This document shows positions 1 to 13,244 of a stretch of DNA of 64,000 nt, in pieces (position 1 is the stretch's first letter; each line of letters opens with the position of its first letter). Source of the DNA: Mytilus californianus (Eukaryota); contig NW_026262679.1 of NCBI RefSeq assembly GCF_021869535.1, positions 30,814,001 to 30,878,000 of the forward strand, written 5' to 3'. The notes below the pieces were generated by a model that saw only the letters and a program-made list of their open reading frames with translations, made no database searches and had not been told where the DNA came from. Position numbers and translations under genes: made by a program.

Positions 1-1399
1 CCTTATACATATTTCCATTATTCATTCTGATGTCCATTACATCAGATGAACGTTTTTTGCTATGTTTGGTTTTATCATTTTCATTTTTGAGTTTTACATT
101 TATTCCATTTAATGCAAGAAAGAAGTTTGAAAACATGTATGCTCTTATGGTTTTCGAAAGTTATGGCGTATTTATTTTGGAGATAACTGATCATAGCTGT
201 GCTACCTCATTCTCTCAATTTACGTTTGTGTAAAAAAAAATTCATAAGACGCACAACACATATTCTTGGTCCAATTACTTTCTTCGTTAAATTTTTCATT
301 TTCAAACATTTATGATGTGCTGGTTACCGGAACTTTAGTTACATCAAACCTAGTACCTGATATCTGAGAAACAAGAAAAAAAGATGCCCTCGATTTTAGA
401 ATGAATTCATACATTTTTGTAATAATTATTCAAAATTATCAGTAAAAAGGTTTCCTACAAGGATCACCAGTCATTCACCTTTGATTTGATACCTCAATTA
501 CCAAAATACTTTCTACATATTTTGATTGTTACAGACATCTATATACGTTGGAACTATTTTGTTTTAAATATGTACTACTTTCCAATAATCTACCCGAATT
601 ATTCGCCCTATACATACCTTATTTCCTGCCAAGTTATCTAACATATATCTCGATGGGCCCCGTGGTTGTCTAAATGTTTATATTGTTGTTATTGGTTTTT
701 TTGGGGGGTTTTTTGCACGCTTCAGTGTGATTGTCGGGCTAGATTATGACAGTACGTGTTCTATTTCTTTGCCCGATTTCTTTTATTGATACTACTCCAT
801 AGCTTTGTTCTTCAATTCACATTTGTGACGTGGTCGTCAGTTAGCAAAGAATTTCACTCAAACCGGTGCTAGGGGCCGTCTTAAACTTGCAGTCAGGTGA
901 GAGGTTTTTTGTGCCATGTTGAAGGTCTCACTGTGAATTTCAGATGAAGAGCAGCAATTAAAGCGCCGTTTCTTTGCTTTTTGGGTTGTTTTATTTTTGC
1001 TGTTCACATACTGATTGTGTCATGGATGGATACCCCATATCATTTCTTTTCTATTTTCTATATATATTTGACTACCACATGTCAAGATAAGATTCATTTT
1101 ACATCTTACTGATGAAGGATATTAGTTATCCGAAATATATAAAATTTGTTCATGACTTAATTATTTTTTGGTGATGTTGTACCCTTTTAGACTGGTTATA
1201 TATTATATTTTGTAGTGTACTGTATCATAATTTTATGACCCATCGCCCCGGAAGATTTATCGTTGGCTATTATTCAGTCATTTAATATATATATGGGTTT
1301 ATATGATCCGTTCATCCTATTTTGACTCCTCAAAATTCAAGAGTCTATCCTAAATTGAGGTAAATTATGTGGCCTTCCAATAACCGTTTCGATTCCTAA

Positions 1400-1441
1400 C
1401 ATCACTGAAGAGACATTAATTGTCGAAATCCGAATATGGTG
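1400..1441 (+). ncRNA. Minimal type I hammerhead ribozyme motif (PLE/retrozyme type)
   Basis: CATCA-CTGAAGA-GACA(ttaat)TGTC-GAAA-TCCGAA-TA-TGGTG: core CUGANGA and GAAA, 4-bp stem II, stem I CATCA/TGGTG, UH site. The stem III palindrome is degenerate. Confidence 0.65.
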
Positions 1442-1793
1442 TACAAAAACCTTTGCAGCTTTTGTTTGCGGTATATCATCTTTTCCGCAAGTTTATTGTT
1501 TTCTGTTTAGTATTAAATTTATAATTATGATCCATTTATTACATCGGTGATCCGTTTATTTGGCAATCGCCAATGGCAGTCAGCAGGGTTTAAGAACATT
1601 TGTTGTTCGACCTGTTAGTCAAATGCGTTTTGTTAAAATATACTTTTTCACTTTTTTGGTCTTTCTGAAAATGTTGTTTGTGCTGTATTTAGACCCCTCT
1701 AACAAGAAATTTGTTTTGCATGCACACGTATAAAAATTGCTGTTTTTATCCAACGCAATCATAGGTTTGAACGTTGTTTTCAATTTAGACCTG

Positions 1794-1818
1794 TATATAT
1801 ATATATATATATATATAT
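1794..1818. repeat. (TA)n microsatellite
   Basis: Direct reading. Other (TA)n runs at about 10609-10632 and about 49998-50030. Confidence 0.95.
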
Positions 1819-1878
1819 AAGTCTGAAAATTACACCCAACAGTGTTAGAATTAGACTTTTATGCTGACAAATTTTTGT

Positions 1879-1972
1879 CCCTCAACGGGATTCGAACTCA
1901 CACCTTTGATACACTACAGCACCAATCGCTTAGCCTCATGTCTAGCGCTCTAGACCACACGACCACATCCGC
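1879..1972 (-). mobile_element. tRNA-derived SINE-like head
   Basis: Minus strand has A-box-like TGGTCGTGTGGTCTAG and B-box GTTCGAATCC. A related fragment lies next to (TA)n at about 50031-50130. A 68-69-bp block at 1819-1887 is repeated at 2287-2354. Confidence 0.55.
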
Positions 1973-2571
1973 TATATTAAAATATAACTTCAATAGTCGT
2001 AGTGTTACCTTGTCACGTAAGGCGAATCTAGAGATAGACATAAGACATGTGTTTTAAGCGTGTGAAGATGTTATATTATTATTAAATACACAATGTATTT
2101 GTTATTTGTCAGCAATCTAACTCAACAATTTTTATATACCGTATGGGATAATGATTCAATTCATTATACAGTCACTAGAAATAAGTATATCATACAAACA
2201 AGTCTAAGCAAGTGACAACCATACAATATATATGCCCACTGGATCTCAGTGTGTTTGAGACGCAGGGTTAATACAAATATTTATATAAGTCTGAAAATTA
2301 CACCCAACAGTGTTAGAATTAGACTTTTATGCTGACAAATTTTTGTCCCTCAACATATATATATAAGAAAATTAATAAAAGATAATAACGGTTTCAATTC
2401 ACTGCTTTTACAGATCTTCAGGTAATGTGACTTGTATACATAAGTGTTATACAAAACAATTGATTGACGTTAACAATAGTATGACGTTAACAAATACAAG
2501 GGAGACTACTAATGTCATTTGAAAAATTGAGTAAAGTCTTTAAAATGTTATTTAAGTAAAAAAATAAAATA

Positions 2572-3420
2572 TTATCTATCATTTAATCCCGGGTTGAGAA
2601 TGTTTATTAATAATTCTTCTTTCTTCTTCCGGAGAAAATCATTTTGACGATTCACCATATACAATGGAAATATCTTAAATCGTCCATTAGAACAACGATG
2701 GAATTGGTCGTTAGACCGGATGATTGTTAAATCTTCATGGTTGGTTTGCTGCCTATGAACAGTCATTCTAGTACGCAGTTCATTTTTTGTCTCTCCAATA
2801 TAGAATTCCTCACACTTGAACATATGACAGAATAAATGACGTTTGAACTTTTACAAGACATGTTTTGTTTAACTGTGAAACGCTTTCCATTTTTAAAATA
2901 AATTGAACTTTGAAATTCTTCTATTAAATTAGGACACGTCATACATCGTTTATCGATACATTTTCTAACAATAGGCAAAGTTTCATTAAAGTCGAATTTT
3001 GAAGATGTTAAATATCGTTTTAGACTTTTTGACTGTCTTTTACTGTTGATAATCTTCTTTTTTTGTAAAACTTTGTCCATTTTTTCACTTTTGTGTAAAT
3101 TATTTTCAATTTGTCGCATGAAACTAAATATATCATAATCTCGTGGATTATATGTTGTTACAAACGGGATAATTTTATCTAAATTGTTTGATGATTCTTC
3201 GGTTGGTTCGGATCGCCGTGATTCTGTAATGATTGGTCCTTTTATCAGTGCCTTTTGAATTCCGTAATCTATCACTTGTTCCGGATATTGCTGTTTATGT
3301 AAATACATAGCTGTGTACATACATATATTACGGGTATTAACGTCGTCATATCGAGGAGCGTTTAGTACAGTGATTTTGTCATAATTTGGTTAGGTTGGTC
3401 ATGGTAAAGTTACATGTAGG
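2572..3420 (-). pseudogene. Penelope-like element C-terminus: Cys linker plus GIY-YIG endonuclease, frameshifted and 5'-truncated
   Basis: KCIDKRCMTC...CKSSNVIYSVIC, then a frameshift to KCEEFYIGETKNELRTRMTVHRQQ...KKEELLINIL. Confidence 0.85.
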
Positions 3421-3422
3421 TT

Positions 3423-5749
3423 ACTTCCCAGAACGAGATTGCCTAAGTTCTTTCCAAATGAGCAAATAAAAAGCAAATGAGATGTATGAATCTATATTGT
3501 TAGTCAAACGATCTACAATGAAATTGTTATGTTTAAGAAGACCGAAGACAAGACAAACAATATCATAGTCTAGACAATCGATCGTTCTCGTTGTATGGTG
3601 ATTATAATAGGTCTGGTGGTCACTCACAAACACCAATAATAGGTCTGGTGGTCACTCACAAACACCAATTAACTATAGAAAAACAACTAGTAAACCTATT
3701 GTACAGAATAAGACACAAAATAATAAATCCGTTTGGAAAATAAATGATAAAACAGACTGGACCCTCTTCCAGAAAAAACTCAATGAAAATATGAGCCAAT
3801 TTACTAAAGAAAGTGACAAAATAAACGATGTAAACCGACTCTGGGATCTATGGAAAAATGCGGTAGAAAAATCCGCAATGTTAGCTATCGGTAAAGCCAA
3901 ACCCGTGAAAAATTACAAAGACTTCTGGGATAAAGAACTTGATTATCTTCTAAAACAACGCCGCAACGCCAATAGATTAAACCGCACCCATAATAAATAT
4001 CATGCGCATGATGACGAAATTGGCAAAAGACTGAAAGAAATTTATTTTAATCGGAAAGCACAAGTACAAGAGGCCATCAAACGAACAGAACGCTCAGCTA
4101 AAATCCGACTGTTTAATGATAAATGTATAAATGCAAAAAATAAAATGAAAGGGTTTTGGAATTTTCTTAAAATAAAACGAACCGATACGGGTCCTATAGA
4201 GCTTAAGGATCCACATGATTCGGATAAAATATTAACGGCTACGGATGAGATAAATAATGCCCTGTCCAAGCATTTTAGCTCCATAGGTTCCTTTCAAAAT
4301 GAAAATGATGAACTTGAAAAAGATGTTAAAACCCTTATTACAAATATTGACGAAAATATATTAATATCAGATTCTCCCCTATCGGTGACTTTCGACGAAA
4401 ATAAAATTTCACAGACTTTGAAAAGTCTCAAATCTGGAAAAGCCTGTGGTACTGATGGCATTCCTAACGAATTCCTTAAATATGGTGGGGACATCTTGTT
4501 GAACTCCCTTGTTCATATTTTTACAAAAGTTACAGATCTAGAAGCAATTCCAGATGAATGTCATAAAGGAATCATTATACCCATACACAAAGGTGGGTCT
4601 GTACACTCTCTGAGTAATTACAGAGGTATAACTCTTACATCAAATGTATATAAGGTATACTGTAAGCTAATTGAATGTAATCTTATGGGTTATATTGAAG
4701 ATAAAGGAATACTTGGGGAAACCCAAGGTGCTTTCCGAAAAGACAGGAGGGTGGAGGATCACATTTTTACACTTAACGGAATTTGTTCGATGAAAAAGTC
4801 AAGGAAGGAAAAGACTTTTCTTGCCTTCCTTGATCTTTCATCGGCTTTCGATAAAGTTTGGCGGGATGGACTGTTCTATCTCCTATGGAAAAAGGGTATA
4901 CAGGGTAAATGCTGGAAGATTCTACGGGCACTATATAAAAATGTTAGCAATAAAGTTCTGTTTGATAATTACGAGTCTGAATGGTTCGATCAAGAATTTG
5001 GTCTTAAACAAGGATGCGTCTTATCTCCTACACTTTTTTCCGTTTTAATGACTGACCTATGCGATATTCTGAAGGAGGCAAATTTGGGTATAAGCATCGC
5101 TTCTGAATTAATTAACTGTCTTCTTTTCGCTGATGACATTGTCCTGTTAGGAAACACGGAAGATGAGCTACATATTCTTTTAAACATAGCACATAAATTT
5201 GTCTCAAAATGGAGCTTAAAGTTTAATTCATCCAAGTCGAAGGTTCTGGTTACAGGTAAAAAGAAAGACTCAGATAAAAAATGGTATCTTGGGAATCATC
5301 TCATCGAAGAAGTAAATGAATATAAATATTTAGGCGTATATTTTTCAAGATCCCTTAAATCTACATACCATATAAAGCAGTACCTGAAAGAAAATTTTTC
5401 AACGGAAAATAAATCATGCAATTCGTATTTTAGGTGATCATGGGGATTTCAATCGTATAAATTTTGGACATTCTCTGTGGATGTCGGCTATTCGACCATC
5501 ACTGACGTATGGATGTTCAGTATGGTTCCCGTCATCCCAGAAATGTATCGAATTACTAGAAATTTTTACAATATAAAGTGGGAAAAATCATCCTAAACAC
5601 GAAAATGAATATCCATAAATGTGCGCTTCTAGCTGAATTTGGCTGAGAGTCAATAAATAGATTTATGGATAGACAAAGAATTGCATACTACGCTAGATTA
5701 AAAAACATGCCCGATAATCGGCTGTCTAAAATTATCCTAAATGAAAATT
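3423..5749 (+). mobile_element. Non-LTR retrotransposon (LINE) ORF2 relic: end of APE, linker and RT; truncated at both ends
   Basis: 548-aa ORF 3791-5437 with KACGTDGIPNE, YRGITL, QGAFR, FLDLSSAFD, GLKQGCVLSP, FADD, YKYLG. Frameshifted continuation to about 5746. A 32-bp tandem duplication lies at 3604-3667. Confidence 0.9.
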
Positions 5750-7096
5750 TAGGTTTGCCTTTGGGATTTCTTTTTGTGAAGCTTTAGATAAGTTGGATAA
5801 TTTATCTAACTTTGGATTTTCACTGTTTGACCTTGGTTGTTTTGTCTGTTGTTTGGCTAATCCACAAGTTTTCATGCCATGCCCGCTTGACCCACATTGA
5901 CTACATGCATGCATGAACTTGCATTATCTTCTATAGCAAGTGCCATAATTGTAGTTATTACAGAATTCTCCCCCTGTAATATTAGAAACCGGTCTGCCCC
6001 GCTTATCTATGTTACGAATAGGTGTAGCCCCTTGTGATAAAGTTGGGATGCCGTGTTTTGCTTTTTCACAGAATTTTGATGTGTGGTCAAATTCCCCGCA
6101 GTCAGCACATGCTCTGCTCTGAACATTATGGGTAACTAGGTTCAACAATTTGTCATCAACTTTTGACCAGTTGATAACAATATTGTGTTCCACTATGGCA
6201 GCAGCTGCTTTAGCAGAAAACATCTTGTGGTATGTATAAAAACATGGGCCGTAATTTTGCGATATTTCGTTAATTTCGGGTTCATATTGATCCAATTCAA
6301 CTTTTTTCTGAGGGTAAGCTTTCCCTATGATGTTTCGGTATTTCCGGAAAGCCCTATTAAATTCCTCTATTGTAAGATTGTGGTCCAATCTTACATCTTT
6401 CATACTCGAAAGCTCAACTGTAAACCCTCTTGACAGCATGGTTCGGGTTTGGGGTACTAGTATATCACATTTTGGTGCTAATAACGTAGCCAGGTTAATG
6501 TCCCTACCTTCAATATTCTGCTTTTACCATCTTTGGTAAATCTTCTGCGTAGTAAACTTTTCCTGTCGATGTAGCGGCAGCAGCTGAGTCTGTTTGCTGA
6601 TTATTTGAGCATCTAATGGCAGTTTCTATGGTATGCATGGTTGCTTCCTCTTCGGTTACATGATCTGAGTTTGATTTTTTAACATCAGTTTAGCAATATT
6701 GGATAGAGTTTCTGTAGCTGATGTAAAAGCTGCGGCAGATTCCCTAAAGAGTACCTCATTGTTTACATTTTGTGCGTTATCAGGCGTATGAATACGCGTA
6801 TCAGTTACAATAGGTAAGGTGGACGAGTGAAATAATTCTACTTCTGTATCAGCCGCATTTGTAAGGTTTTGCGACTCATTAACAGGTGGAGGTATGGGAA
6901 CCTGATTGGATGTATTATGACTTGTAATAGATGTAGTATTGGGTTTAATAGCCAAATACAATTGACGCAGCATCTCTACCTTCCACATAGAATTGACCCC
7001 GATACTGATCTCTTTTAGTTTTTCTAAATATGTTTCTTTTGGCCAATATCTGTTGTTTTCACTGTTTTGCCGACGTGCCCGTTTTCTACCACTCAT
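5732..7096 (-). pseudogene. DIRS/Ngaro-type gag-like ORF1 relic with zinc knuckles
   Basis: GRDINLATLL...DVRLDHNLTIEEFNRAFRKY...FYTYHKMFSAKAA...CADCGEFDHTSKFC...CNNYNYGTC...HACSQCGSSGHGMKTC, with frameshifts and stops. Confidence 0.75.
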
Positions 7097-9639
7097 ATTG
7101 TTTTAGCTAATGTACTTACGTACGAAGGATAGATATGTGTATAAATTTATCATCTGTAACACATTAAAAAACTATCTCGGGTTTCGTAAGTTCATCAATA
7201 GTTCATGAAAAGTGTGTGTAAAACTGTTTGAATCTAATGTAAACAACACATTAATGTCAAGATAAATCCTAATTGATAATGTATTTCACTTTTAAATCGA
7301 ATTTAATCAGAACTCGCTTGGTGGAAGATAAATTGTTGATTAATTGTGTTAATAAAATCAACAACAAAGAATGGTGATGCTTACAACGTAAACAATGTGA
7401 ATTTAAAAATAGTTCTCACGTGTTAAAATAATTAAGTGTAGATAAATAGCAATGGGGAATGGAAAGGGACAAATTGTCTTCTGTATAAACCTGAATTATA
7501 TACATAATTCTCATTCTATGTTTCAGAAAATTAAAAACTTACCTGAATTTTGATATGCATTTTTTTCCATTCTGCAGAAGATAGCAAAATAAACAAACAC
7601 ATGAGTTTCATTTGAAACGGTCCACTCAGTTACACAGTTTAAATCACCTTTTGTGTGTAGATGTCTATTGTCCATCTTTTGTCCATTAAATCAATACTAC
7701 TCACAACATTTATTATATGAGCGGAGCTTCTCAAACCTCTTTCCCAACTTATTTTATTTTGGAACCTTCTGCAGGAATGAAAAAAAAGCAAAATCCAGAA
7801 CAGTTTATAATTTTTCTAAAACATAAAATGCATTTTAAAGTTTAATTATCTAGTTCCTGCCATATGCCTTAACACTCTTCCAGGTTAACTGGTTTGTCTG
7901 TACTCAGAGTAAAATTCGTGGTGTAAATACGGCCATATTAGCCAAAACGTTATGATGGACCTTAATATCATACTGGAGTGATATATCCCGATTAATTATG
8001 CAATTTGATTGGTTACCTAATCATGAGATACGAGCCCATGTCCCCTGCGAAAAAAAAACAAAGAATGATACAAATGGTATAATAAGTGTTGAAATCAGGA
8101 CACCCAAGTATAACATTTGTTATTTGGGCTTCACAGGGAATATGAACCCATATCCCCTGTGAACAACATATTATGATATTTCGACCAATGAATCAATATT
8201 ACAAAAAGGGTTACTTTTACTTAATTTATGGTTAATATACTTGACAGCAAATATCAGTCTTATCGTTAAACGGTTCGGAATATAACCGATACGGATGCAT
8301 CGAAACAACCCCTCAGTAATCACGATTTCTCAACTCGAACAACTGATATTTGCAAGAAATTTACTATGTCCCAGGGCAATTTTCACAAATAAAGTGCGGA
8401 AAACTGATATTCTCAACTGCAACAAATATTACCCAAACAGAAAATAACTTGATTTATAACCTTCTTTGGTACGAACTTTAGAGGAATCACTGAAAAGTGA
8501 GAAAAGTGGATGTTTGTGCAATTTTCCATGTCCAAGGGCCTTTGCAAACATCGCTCAACAGAAACAAATTCAAATTAAATATTCTTATGAAATAGCAATT
8601 TGATAAATATTCAGCCAATTGTTTGAGGCATCGCAATAATAAAATCGTGGATCTGATATTTTCTTGTAATATTTTATATGTTAAGGCCAAAACTTCTACA
8701 AAAACTCCCTTTGCAAATATATCACATCTTCTTATTTTTATATCAAACTTGATCTGTAAATTCTTAATATGCCTGAATAATATCATAAACAATCATCTAG
8801 ACAACTAATAAAGACATTTAAAAAAAAGTAATGAAACAATTTCGACAAAATCGCTAAACATAATTGAAATTGATCTAGTATAACTAATTTATGTCTCCCT
8901 TGGCCATAATATTTGCAATATCAAAATGTTGTCTTCTCTTACACACATGTTTCTCTGACCATGTCAAGCGCCCAATACCACTTAATTCGCCTGAAATAAA
9001 GCACAACAATGTTGTAACAAACTAACAACAATTTTACATTTTACACACCTTTTTAGCCGATGTCTTATCAAAAGTTTAAATTTTTATCCGCTTTGTGAAA
9101 GACGTTTTATAAGTATTTAATTTCTTCAAGTTCAACTTATTTAACCCCATTTGGGATGGTTTACGGTACATTGGTCATGCCTGAATATTACATGGCAGAG
9201 AGGAACTACTTGTATAAAAATTGTTATTGACTTGAACAAAGCTAAGATAAGCTCTCCGATAGTTAAGAGCTTGCGATGCCATAAAAAGGACTTCCTGTTT
9301 GACTGAAAAACAATATTTCCGTAAAGTAATTATAAAGAAATGTGACAAAAATCTAATTAAAAGACGAATATATAACTTATTTTCAATAATATTTTCTCCT
9401 AAATTGTTCTCGTCACCTTAATGGCAAAATATTTTCCGTCTAATTCCTTGAATCCTGACTGTTATAAAGCGTATTATGCAGAGAATTGAGGAATGAGAAA
9501 AGTGGTTGACAGACAATTCCACGAGAATTTTACTATAAACTGTATCTTACTAATAAGATGTGAGTTATAAGTTGATAGAACTTAAGGGGGGACAAATTGT
9601 AATTTAAATAGACTGGCCAGTGATACTAATGCAATGACT

Positions 9640-9990
9640 AGCAGTGTTGAAGGTTTGCTGCTCATTAGATTGCAAAGACCCAGGAATTCCCTTGAGGCAG
9701 TGAAGATGAAGATACGTATATCTTTGCATCACAATCAAACACGACCTTGTATGGCGAAACCCATACTATAGAGGGGAATTTGTTTGGATGTGGATGTATA
9801 AATTCTCATTATTTCTGAATGGGGACATTAAATATATTGCCGCATGTTAGTAAAGTGCAACTCTCTTTGCACGTTAAGAACTCTATGATGCAGGTGGCAT
9901 TTTCTGTCCCTATCCAAAATACCTACATTTTAATTGCAAGCGGCAGTCGAAATTCCTGTCATTTATACAGGTCAATCCACTGCAGAAATA
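9640..9990 (+). mobile_element. Mollusc SINE relic (Meta/MESC-domain-like)
   Basis: CTCTCTTTGCACGTTAAGAACTC core; related copy at about 61180-61490. Family name is from recall. Confidence 0.45.
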
Positions 9991-10877
9991 ACCCATATGA
10001 ATTATAACCAAATTGTTCTCGTCTTAAAAATGCATGAAATATTTGCTACTAAAAGCAAACAAACAGCGATCAGTCAACTAAAAACAAACTTCCTTTTCTC
10101 TGCTTTATATGTTTCACTTCACTGTTTTGAATCTCGATTTTCTAAAAATTCGTTTGTAAATTTTGCTCTATTGAAAGAACAATTTGTCCTTCCGCCATTT
10201 TGACAAAATAATCATAAATTTACCACTAGTATCTGAAATACAGAGTAAGTACATACTTAACGTAGTTTCACTAAAAAGAACATATCATATGACATACAAA
10301 CCTTCCCAGCTGGTTTTTGAAGAATAAATTAATTCTTCCGAACCATAATTTTTAGTTATTTTCTTTGCAAGATGTTGTGTTTTTGTCCACTTTTTGTCAT
10401 ATGCATCTCAATGATATCCTTTTTGTACAAATTGCCTGAAACTGAACAGGCAATTTGTTGAATTTTGTTTCAAAATTTCAGTCATTTTACAAAATGACTA
10501 GGTATTTTTAGTCATTTTATATAATGCCTGTCAAGGTTAGGCATTTTATAAATTGCCTGAAAATTCAGTCATTTTACAAAACGCCTAAATTTAGAAAATG
10601 CCTGTAGCATATATATATATATATATATATATCAAATTAAAATAAGTTGAGAACAAAAAACCACGAGTATAAATATTCCCGTGCTTAAATGTTATGTTTT
10701 TTTAGTACATGAGAGGGTAAAATACATTTAGATAACATGTTACTGATAGTAAGAAATTACCGTAATTTGTGTTTGTTCAATGTCAGACTGTTTAAAGAAA
10801 AAAAATCTACTTTTACTTCAACAGGTATAATAAAATGTGAGCTAAACAAGAAACTTCATTGAGTATTTGATAATACA

Positions 10878-11100
10878 ATGGCTATCAATAAGGATAAAAA
10901 AGCGGACCTGTGGGAAAAGCTACAAGACCTACGAGAATACAAAACTTCCGAGTTGAGAAGCCGACATTACCTTGAACGAGTACCTGAACCCCCTAAACTT
11001 GTGTTATCTGTTATCGGTGATTCTAGTAGCTTCGTGCCTAAACCATGGTTAACATCAGTTTTTCAATGCGGGCTTATAGAGATTGCAAAGGGTGCAAAAG
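10878..11100 (+). CDS. TRPM: TRPM-like channel, coding exon 1 (start of SLOG/LSDAT domain)
   Basis: PEPPKLVLSVIGDSSSF...VFQCGLIEIAKGAK matches the TRPM P.L+ISV.GG...F...GL..AA motif. Acceptor AG at 10823-24; donor GTATGA at 11101; phase 1. Confidence 0.8.
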
Positions 11101-11336
11101 GTATGAAATTAATTTTGGTATGAGGACATGTTTTATACCAAATAAAAACAGAGGTAATCGCATGAACACTAAAAAGATCGTGACTGGGTATGTAAACAGA
11201 GTAAGCGTACACAAATGTTATCATCTTTACTAGATTCTTTCTTTTTAAAATCTAAATAGCCACGTAAACTGAATGTGTTAGTGGGTATAAACCTAACAAA
11301 TGGTATTACATTTAGTTATGGTGCTGCTAAATATAA

Positions 11337-11720
11337 AAATAAGGAGATGTGGTATGATTGCCAATGAGACAATGAAATGGATGTAAGCAATTATAGCTAA
11401 CCGCACGGCCTTCAACAATGAGAAATACCCATACCATATAGTCGACAATAAAAATTCCCGACATGAAAAATAAAAAATAATTCAATTGAGAAAACTAAAA
11501 ACTAACGGCCTAATTTATAAGAAAACAATTACAAAAAACAAATATGACAGACATGAACCAACGACAACCACTTAACTACAGGTTCCTGACTTGGGACAGG
11601 CACATAAAGAATGTAGCGGGGTTAAACATGTTTGAAGGCGCCAACCCTCTCCCTAACCTGGGACAGTTGTGTAACAGTACCCACATTAGAATAAGCTATC
11701 AAAACCAGTCGAAAAGGGTA
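11337..11720 (+). repeat. Abundant interspersed repeat (AAATAAGGAGATGTGGTATGATTGCCAATGAGACA family)
   Basis: Copies also at about 16570, 25620 (-), 32590, 34300 (-), 34670 (-), 44570 (-), 51495 and 59190. Confidence 0.85.
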
Positions 11721-11971
11721 TAACTCATCAGATCGATGCAAAGCAGAAAAAAAAAACATCTAACAAAAACACAGACTGGACGTGGCAGAAAATTACAGCC
11801 AAACTTCCATACCATATATATCTTTGTATCTATGGAAGAATTTAGTAAAGGTTTTAAGTAATTTGTGGTAACGAAATTGCTGACTTAATAATTGACCAGT
11901 AATACATGTACATAGATTACGCTCATTGAAATCCAAAACGTCACTACAGACACGTGCATAGCGAACGAGTT

Positions 11972-12175
11972 AGGATATATAGACACCGTAAGACGAAAAC
12001 AAAGGAAAATTAACAATAGGGAAAGAGAAATCATCCCTTTTGTCATAAATTTTTGTTTGGAGTTTCTCGTGCAATACTGAAATATCTATATCTAAGAAAA
12101 GACAATTATTGCTGTTAATATTTGATTTATCTAAAGTAAGGTCCTTTCGGTAAATTTCGCTTATTCCACTTGTAT
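11972..12175 (-). pseudogene. Penelope-like RT fragment
   Basis: IYRKDLTLDKSN...FLDIDI...TKIYDKRDDFSFPIVNFP...SYGVYIS. Confidence 0.8.
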
Positions 12176-13041
12176 CCCCCGAAAAAAAATATGCAAGGAA
12201 TGTGAAGCTATAAAAAATGTAAAATATAGGTTTTCCTTGGTCAATCTTATCGCGAAAGTCGCAGAATAATGTGGGTGGTGAAGGATTATTTGCGTGCAAC
12301 GTGTTTGCAAGTTTTGGTCAGACACATAAACATGAAGCCTTATCACCTATGGCTTATTCTTTTTCATTTCAGTCAATTTTGAATACATAAATGGTTGACC
12401 CATATATTTATGCATGTCCTTTTCTTTTTAATTTTACTGATATAAATGAACTGATATTATTGTATAATAAATACAAGTTTTAGAATATTTGTACTCAAAC
12501 AAAATATAAATTATGGGTAACATTGACTTTTCCATAACAATGTGGTTTTTGTTTTCTAATTTGAGAAACATTAATTTTGATCGCCAAGTTCATTTTTGTA
12601 GATATATTTCTATAGTGAAATCCGCTTTTTTCATGATTTTACATGATTTTGGCCAAACCATTTGCACATAAATAGACAGAAGGACATTCACGGGACAGAA
12701 TAATCACTTCACATTACTATATCTTATTCCTTCAGTTAGCTTTGACTATTATTCTTGTTCTTTTTAAGAACGGGTCATCTCACATTCTTTCTGTATTAAC
12801 TACAATGAAAATTATTTTTATAAGAACAAAGAAATTTTTGTTCTTTTTGTTTTTTATTTAAATTTTTTAATCCAGTTTTGTGTTGACTTTGTAATATTTA
12901 TTGAAATAAAAAAAAAATCCTGATTATCAAATAAGCAACTTGAAATAAGGATAGGGATTTCAGAACCTTTTTTTTTTTTTATGTCTCTAGGTTTCAAGAC
13001 AATAAACTGTTAACCAACTAAATCGTAGCTATCTTTTTCAG

Positions 13042-13244
13042 ACTGTTTGATATTATACAAAGGCTCATCAGAAAAAGTAAGTTCTATTGTGAGGGAAGCA
13101 GTACTCAATTTCGAAAAGCTGCACACGGAAACTGATGACGTTTTTATTAGTCTGGTAGGACTTCTGCCGCAGATTGACAAAAGTATTGAATGTGGTCTGT
13201 ATGATCTTGATCGTCAGAAAAATCACAAATATGGAAGATTAAAC
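13042..13244 (+). CDS. TRPM: TRPM-like exon 2
   Basis: Acceptor TTTTTCAG, phase 1 in; DCLILYKGSSEKVSSIVREAV...GRLN; donor GTACGT at 13245; phase 0 out. Confidence 0.75.

Noticed and set aside
1100-1140. Second hammerhead (CTGATGA-AGGAT..ATCC-GAAA)
   Set aside because: Core and stem II are present, but there is no correctly placed UH site or stem III. The copy near 22290 is more degenerate still.
1879-1972. A functional tRNA gene
   Set aside because: A and B boxes are present but no convincing cloverleaf; context fits a SINE head.
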